Shown: one piece after another, positions 56,531 to 64,000 of the stretch
Numbering within the stretch: position 1 is the stretch's first letter
Layout: every line of letters begins with the position of its first letter
Source: Eledone cirrhosa
Lineage: Eukaryota
DNA: 64,000 nucleotides
Direction: 5' to 3'
Assembly (NCBI GenBank): GCA_964016885.1
Contig: OZ024742.1
Location: forward strand, 366,854,001 to 366,918,000
The notes under the pieces: generated by a model
What the model was told of the DNA's origin: nothing
Databases searched by the model: none
The model's input: only the letters and a program-made list of their open reading frames with translations
Translations under genes and position numbers: made by a program

Positions 56531-57178
56531 ATATATATGTATATATATCTGTATATATGTATGTTTATATGTATATATATATGTGAATATACTGTATATA
56601 AAATGTGTGCGCGAAGAAGAACAAACGTAAGACAATGGAGACACCGATGATGATGATGGCTATGGTGACGATAACATCTATGGTGGTGGCGGTGGAGTCA
56701 ACATTGCTACCATCATCATCATCATCAACACTATTTATTGTTTTATTGGACAGTTGTTGACATTCAATGTTGTTTAGATGTGGTTGTATATCTTGTATAA
56801 TAGAGGTAGTAGCAGTGTAGGGAGTGGTGGTGTGAGGAGCTGGAGTGGGAGTAGAGAGAGAAGGGCGGTGTGGGTAAAGGTGGTAGTAGAGAGAGAGGGG
56901 TATTGTTGGGAGAGGTGGGAGTATAGAGAGAGGGGTAGGTGCAGGGAGGAGAGATGGGAGTGGAGAGAGGGTGGGAAGAGGTGGGCAGAACATAAGAGAG
57001 GGTGGGAGATATGGGAAATAACGAGTGTGGGTTGCAGTGAGAGGTAAAGGAAAGGGGTGTTGAGAATGTAGAGAGAGGGACAATGGGGGTAGTTAGAGGA
57101 GTAGATACAAATGACAATGTGAGGAGTAGTCGTAGATGTAGGGGAAAAGGAAGGGATGGAAATTGAAGTGGAATATTG

Positions 57179-57209
<31 letters not shown>

Positions 57210-57476
57210 GGGGGAGAGAGAGAGAAGACAATTACAATTTTAGATGAACCTTTGAAATGGAACTGATGATTAAAGTCTATAGATTTACACACACATATAC
57301 ACACACATATATATACACACACATATATATACACACATATATACACACAGGCTGTGGCTATCACATACATATATATATACACACACACATATATACACAC
57401 AGGCTGTGGCTATCACATACATTTATATATATATACACACACACATATATACACACTGGCTGTGGCTATCACATAC

Positions 57477-57507
<31 letters not shown>

Positions 57508-57525
57508 TACACACAGGCTGTGGCT

Positions 57526-58170
57526 GGTAGAGAATGTTGAGAAGCCAGAGGGGATCACTAATGTAGGCGGGAAGCCGCTAGAATTGGTTGAGGACTTCCT
57601 GTATTTGGGAGCAAAGATTAGGAATACGGAAGATGATGTGGTTGAGAGGAAGAGCAAAGCTTGGGCGGCGTGCCACAGCTTGAGATCGGTGTGGAAGTCG
57701 GACCTTCGTAAAGACCTGAAAATCCGCCTCTTCATTGCTGTAGTGGAGTCTGTGCTGCTGTACGGGTCTGAGACTTGGACACTGACCAAGAAACTCATTC
57801 AGATGGTCAATGGGTGCTACACGAGAATGCTGAGGATGGCTCTGAACATTAATCAGTATACACTGAGGATGAAAAACTCAGATATGTATCGGAGTCTCCC
57901 AAAAGTCAGCTCAAATGTGACACAGAGGAGACTGGGGTTAGCTGGTCATGCTCACCGACATCCAGAGTTGACATTGCACTCAGTGCTCCTGTGGGATCCC
58001 CTACATGGAGACACTGGAAGAGGAAGACCAAGTTTAACGTATGTTGATGCCCTAAGGACAGACACTGGTCTGTTGGAGACGCAGGACATGGCAGCGATAA
58101 TGAGGGACAGAGACCGCTGGAGAGAATTCGTCTATGGATCTCGGGAATTTTACCCGCCCTAGAAAAAAAA
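57526..58170 (+). mobile_element. 5'-truncated RTE-clade LINE 3' end
   Basis: LELVEDFLYLG, SVLLYGSETW, RRLGLAGHAHR, RGRP and DRDRWR motifs; stop at 58162 then a short poly(A); the ORF N-terminus is microsatellite. Confidence 0.9.
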
Positions 58171-58847
58171 ATATATATGGGTACTCGATAATCACACACT
58201 CACACTTTCTCTCTATCACACTCGTACATATAGGTTCTCTACCCTATATACAGCACTGTCACGCATACAGGCTCTGTCACACACACACACACACACATAC
58301 AGGCTCTGTCACACATATACAACTCTGTCACACACACACATATCGGCTCTCGTTATCTCTCATATAAGTACGTAACGACACTATCACGCACACACTCAAG
58401 CACGTGTGTATGTAGGGCTTCCGTACCTTCTGACGATGTGTGTTCCAGTCAATCAATAGTTCATACGTCTGACCATTTCACAGACACGTGTAACTGCTTC
58501 GTACTTCTCATGAAGCTCCACCTCTCACTTTCTTTTGTTGCTTTTTTTTATTTTCTTCTCATTTCCTTTATTTTCGTTTTTTCTTTTTTTTCCTTTTTTC
58601 TTTCATTTTTGCCTTTGTTGTTCCCCTTTGTCTTGGGTTGCCCCGGGATTCGCCCTTGTCTTGGATTGCCCCGGGGTGGTAGTAAATGATACTTGCCCAA
58701 CATGTCACGTAATGAGATCGAACCCGGAATCTTGTGATTGCAATGCGACATGTTTAACTATTCGGCCATATTATGGCCAGTCCACCCAATTAGAGGAAAT
58801 AGTAATGAACAAAAGGCTTTTAATCCGAGTTGTCCTTGATTATATAT

Positions 58848-59030
58848 GGATTGGCAGTATCGCTAGAGGGTCGGACGCCATGCTTTCTAGCATAGAGTTA
58901 CGACCCTTTCCATTCTGAGTTTAAATCCCGCGAAGGTTAACTTTGCCTTTCATCTTTACAGGGTCGATAAAACAAATTACCAGTAATACACTGGGTAATT
59001 GCTGGCCTTGTGCCAAAAGTAGAAACAATT
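58848..59030 (+). mobile_element. Main-family SINE
   Basis: Matches the other copies. Confidence 0.85.
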
Positions 59031-59143
59031 ATCTATTACAACTACTGACTGCTACAATAAACAGATGTGGATGTTCGACTAGCTAGAAATAATAGCCAAC
59101 ATTCTTTGAAAATATATACAACACTGACGTCTTTAATAAAGAA

Positions 59144-59331
59144 TAATTGTTTCTACTTTTGGCACAAGGCCAGCAATTACTCAGTGTATTACTGGTACTT
59201 TATTTTATCGACCCCGTAAGGATGAAAGGCAAAGTTAACCTCGGCGGGATTTGAACTCAGAATGGCAAGGGACGTAACTCTATGCTTCAAAGCATGGTGT
59301 CCGACTCTCTACAGATACTGCCAATCCACCG
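59144..59331 (-). mobile_element. Main-family SINE with target-site duplication
   Basis: TTTAATAAAGAATAAT occurs on both sides (about 59132 and 59332). Confidence 0.88.
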
Positions 59332-59689
59332 TTTAATAAAGAATAATAAACTGAAGTAGGCAGTCTATGATATATAAAAATGTGGAATGGTCACGCGTGG
59401 AACGTCTTTGATCGTAGCTATGCTTGAACAGACACAACATTAACAATAATAAAAACTAACTAGAATATCTATATTTATAGCATTTAGTCTGTGGAATGAA
59501 TCGTTAAATGAGGAGAGAAAAAGTTCTTTCTTTTCATTGCTAGCATCTCGTAGCATCTCCTCACATAAAGTGTTTATGCACATCACGCAGGAGTGTAATA
59601 AACAGCATTGATTGGCTGGCTATAAGTGTGAGAGGGATCAGCAGATTATCAACCTCCCTATAGGTTATAGAAGAGAGTTAGAGAGAGAG

Positions 59690-60361
59690 TATGATGTCAG
59701 ATGGACGAGAGGGAGAAAGAGGGGGAGTGTGTGGTGTCAGAGTGCCGAGAGGGGGAGTGTGTGAGGTCACAGTGACGAGAGCGAGGGAGAGAGTGTGGTG
59801 TCAGATGGACGAGAGAAAGAGGGGGAGAGTGTGGTGTCAGAGTGATGAGAGAGAGTGTGGTATCAGAGGGACGAGAGAGAGAGGGGGAGAGAGTGTGGCG
59901 TCAGAGTGACGAGAGAGGGAGAGCGTGATGTCAGAGTGACGAGAGAGAGGGGGAGTGTAGTGTCAGAGTGAGGAGAGAGGGGGGTGTCAGAGTGAGGAGA
60001 GAGGGGGTTGTCAGAGTGAGGAGAAAGGGAGAGGGGGAGAGTGTGATGTCAGAGTGACGAGAGAGAGGGGGAGAGTGTGGTGTCAGAGTGACGAGAGAGA
60101 GGGGGAGAGTGTGGTGTCAGAGTGACGAGAGAGAGGGGGAGAGTGTGGTGTCAGAGTGACGAGAGAGAGGGGGAGAGTGTGGTGTCAGAGTGACGAGAGA
60201 GAGGGTGTGTGGTGTCAGAGTGACAAGAGTGAGAGAGAGAGAGTGTGGTGTCGAGTGATGAGAGAGAGGGGGAGAGTGTGATGTCAGAGTGACGAGAGAG
60301 AGGGGGAGAGTGTGATGTCAGAGTGACGAGAGAGAGGGGGATAGTGTGATGTCAGAGTGAC
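59690..60361. repeat. Degenerate ~34-bp purine-rich minisatellite (GTGTGGTGTCAGAGTGACGAGAGAGAGGGGGAGA)
   Basis: Period read at 60075/60109. Confidence 0.9.
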
Positions 60362-60615
60362 ATATCAAATAATCCTCTTCAAATATTGGTAAACAGTAAA
60401 TATTTTCAATATAATGAGCAAGCGATTATTTGATATATTTCGTTGACCTAACGATTGCGATGTGAACTTCACAAGTATTTAGCTGTGTCTGTGTCCACTA
60501 AACCATGCAGGGGAAAGCTGAAAACATCGATTCGGGGACTAATGGTTATTTATTCTGGTGAAGACAAGAACGATTACAATTCCGTACATGTTCCTGTGTT
60601 ATAAGACCTCCTTAA

Positions 60616-60836
60616 CCCTTTAGCATTTACATTACTCTATATAGACTATTGTATTTTCACGGTAAACACTTTATTTCACATAATTATCTCACATAATATT
60701 GAATCTACGAGATTTTGATACTGTTTATTTTGAGAACAATACCTTAACATGAGTATGAGTGACTGTTTACAGCCAGTTTGATCAGAAATAGGTGAGAAAA
60801 TTCTGACCGGATACGGCCGGTTTACATGCTAAAGGG
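60616..60836. mobile_element. piggyBac-type MITE
   Basis: TTAA duplications at 60612 and 60837; TIR CCCTTTAGCAT. Confidence 0.88.
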
Positions 60837-61286
60837 TTAACAAAGCCTAGACTGGCGAAATACATTCAACCCAGGTGACAAATTGACGAAGTCATTAGAA
60901 CATCAGCTATAATACTTTGAGATATTCGTATCGGTTTCCTGTCCCTGCGATCAAATCCCAGCGAGGTCAGCTTTGACTTTCATCCTTTCTAAGGTGATAA
61001 CAAAGTACCACTCCAGTACTGGGGTCCACTCTTCCTCAATATCGCCTTCTCACTTCCTTTCTCTCACCCACTTTCCTTTTCCGGAAGACATCGGCGGTGA
61101 TTAAACCTGGAAAGGCGATTGGCTGAACCAGGTTTTATATCCTTAAGACATGTCGTTATTTCACTACAGTGTATCTACAATTCCATTAGTATTACTGATC
61201 TATAAGTACATGCGATTCACTGATGAAATTTCCAGAGAACTTCAAACAGTAATATTTCTATCAACTCTGGTGGAACAGTAATATGT

Positions 61287-64000
61287 TTCTATGGCAGTTC
61301 CACTAACCCCTTCCCCACAACACTCTCTATGACAGTTCCACTAACCCCTTCCCCACAACACTCTCTATGACAGTTCCACTAACCCCTTCCCCTCTACACT
61401 CTCTATGACAGTTCCACTAACCCCTTCCCCACAACACTCTCTATGACAGTTCCACTAACCCCTCCCCCACAACACTCTCTATGACAGTTCCACTAACACC
61501 TTCCCCACAACACTCTCTATGACAGTTCCACTAACACCTTCCCCACAACACTCTCTATGACAGTTCCACTAACCCCTTCCCCACAACACTCTCTATGACA
61601 GTTCCACTAACCCCTTCCCCACAACACTCTCTATGACAGTTCCACTAACACCTTCCCCACAACACTCTCTATGACAGTTCCACTAACCCCTCCCCCACAA
61701 CACTCTCTATGACAGTTCCACTAACACCTTCCCCACAACACTCTCTATGACAGTTCCACTAACACCTTCCCCACAACACTCTCTATGACAGTTCCACTAA
61801 CACCTTCCCCACAACACTCTCTATGACAGTTCCACTAACCCCTTCCCCACAACACTCTCTATGACAGTTCCACTAACCCCTTCCCCACAACACTCTCTAT
61901 GACAGTTCCACTAACCCCTCCCCCACAACACTCTCTATGACAGTTCCACTAACCCCTTCCCCACAACACTCTCTATGACAGTTCCACTAACCCCTTCCCC
62001 ACAACACTCTCTATGACAGTTCCACTAACCCCTTCCCCTCTACACTCTCTATGACAGTTCCACTAACCCCTTCCCCTCTACACTCTCTATGACAGTTCCA
62101 CTAACACCTTCCCCACAACACTCTCTATGACAGTTCCACTAACCCCTTCCCCACAACACTCTCTATGACAGTTCCACTAACCCCTTCCCCTCTACACTCT
62201 CTATGACAGTTCCACTAACCCCTTCCCCACAACACTCTCTATGACAGTTCCACTAACCCCTTCCCCTCTACACTCTCTATGACAGTTCCACTAACCCCTT
62301 CCCCTCTACACTCTCTATGACAGTTCCACTAACCCCTTCCCCACAACACTCTCTATGACAGTTCCACTAACCCCTTCCCCTCTACACTCTCTATGACAGT
62401 TCCACTAACACCTTCCCCTCTACACTCTCTATGACAGTTCCACTAACACCTTCCCCTCTACACTCTCTATGACAGTTCCACTAACACCTTCCCCTCTACA
62501 CTCTCTATGACAGTTCCACTAACCCCTTCCCCTCTACACTCTCTATGACAGTTCCACTAACACCTTCCCCTCTACACTCTCTATGACAGTTCCACTAACC
62601 CCTTCCCCACTACACTCTCTATGACAGTTCCACTAACCCCTTCCCCACAACACTCTCTATGACAGTTCCACTAACCCCTTCCCCACAACACTCTCTATGA
62701 CAGTTCCACTAACCCCTTCCCCACAACACTCTCTATGACAGTTCCACTAACCCCTCCCCCACAACACTCTCTATGACAGTTCCACTAACCCCTTCCCCAC
62801 AACACTCTCTATGACAGTTCCACTAACACCTTCCCCACAACACTCTCTATGACAGTTCCACTAACCCCTTCCCCACAACACTCTCTATGACAGTTCCACT
62901 AACCCCTTCCCCTCTACACTCTCTATGACAGTTCCACTAACCCCTTCCCCACAACACTCTCTATGACAGTTCCACTAACCCCTTCCCCTCTACACTCTCT
63001 ATGACAGTTCCACTAACCCCTTCCCCTCTACACTCTCTATGACAGTTCCACTAACCCCTTCCCCACAACACTCTCTATGACAGTTCCACTAACCCCTTCC
63101 CCTCTACACTCTCTATGACAGTTCCACTAACACCTTCCCCACAACACTCTCTATGACAGTTCCACTAACCCCTTCCCCTCTACACTCTCTATGACAGTTC
63201 CACTAACCCCTTCCCCTCTACACTCTCTATGACAGTTCCACTAACCCCTTCCCCACAACACTCTCTATGACAGTTCCACTAACCCCTTCCCCTCTACACT
63301 CTCTATGACAGTTCCACTAACCCCTTCCCCACAACACTCTCTATGACAGTTCCACTAACCCCTTCCCCTCTACACTCTCTATGACAGTTCCACTAACCCC
63401 TTCCCCTCTACACTCTCTATGACAGTTCCACTAACACCTTCCCCACAACACTCTCTATGACAGTTCCACTAACCCCTTCCCCTCTACACTCTCTATGACA
63501 GTTCCACTAACCCCTTCCCCTCTACACTCTCTATGACAGTTCCACTAACCCCTTCCCCACAACACTCTCTATGACAGTTCCACTAACCCCTTCCCCACAA
63601 CACTCTCTATGACAGTTCCACTAACCCCTTCCCCTCTACACTCTCTATGACAGTTCCACTAACACCTTCCCCACAACACTCTCTATGACAGTTCCACTAA
63701 CCCCTTCCCCTCTACACTCTCTATGACAGTTCCACTAACCCCTTCCCCTCTACACTCTCTATGACAGTTCCACTAACCCCTTCCCCACAACACTCTCTAT
63801 GACAGTTCCACTAACCCCTTCCCCTCTACACTCTCTATGACAGTTCCACTAACCCCTTCCCCACAACACTCTCTATGACAGTTCCACTAACCCCTTCCCC
63901 TCTACACTCTCTATGACAGTTCCACTAACCCCTTCCCCACAACACTCTCTATGACAGTTCCACTAACCCCTTCCCCTCTACACTCTCTATGACAGTTCCA
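61287..64000. repeat. 38-bp minisatellite, about 71 copies, running off the window (CTCTCTATGACAGTTCCACTAACCCCTTCCCCACAACA)
   Basis: Period 38 read directly; two main variants ACAACA/TCTACA. Confidence 0.97.

Overview
AT-rich, repeat-saturated animal genomic DNA; the tRNA/Nin-type SINEs, the piggyBac MITE and dense (TA)n suggest an octopus or other coleoid cephalopod (inference). No host protein-coding gene can be called confidently, and most listed ORFs are microsatellite artefacts. The window holds a near-intact Tx1/L1-clade LINE (24957-30760) in a (TCTA)n tract, the 5' end of a probable second one at the left edge, several Penelope-like elements (RT + C-terminal GIY-YIG), RTE, maT/mariner, Helitron and piggyBac remnants, many SINEs and four large minisatellites (29, 29, 36, 38 bp). 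The most striking signal is about 20 short Penelope-derived insertions from at least 8 families, mostly in (TA)n. Many are fold-back hairpins, most carry minimal hammerhead ribozyme motifs (including U3-A8 and G5C core variants), and six families share a covarying RCTC...GAGY tail stem-loop a few nt from a fixed inversion start. This suggests structure-guided twin priming into palindromic (TA)n. Coordinates were read by eye and may be off by a few bases.
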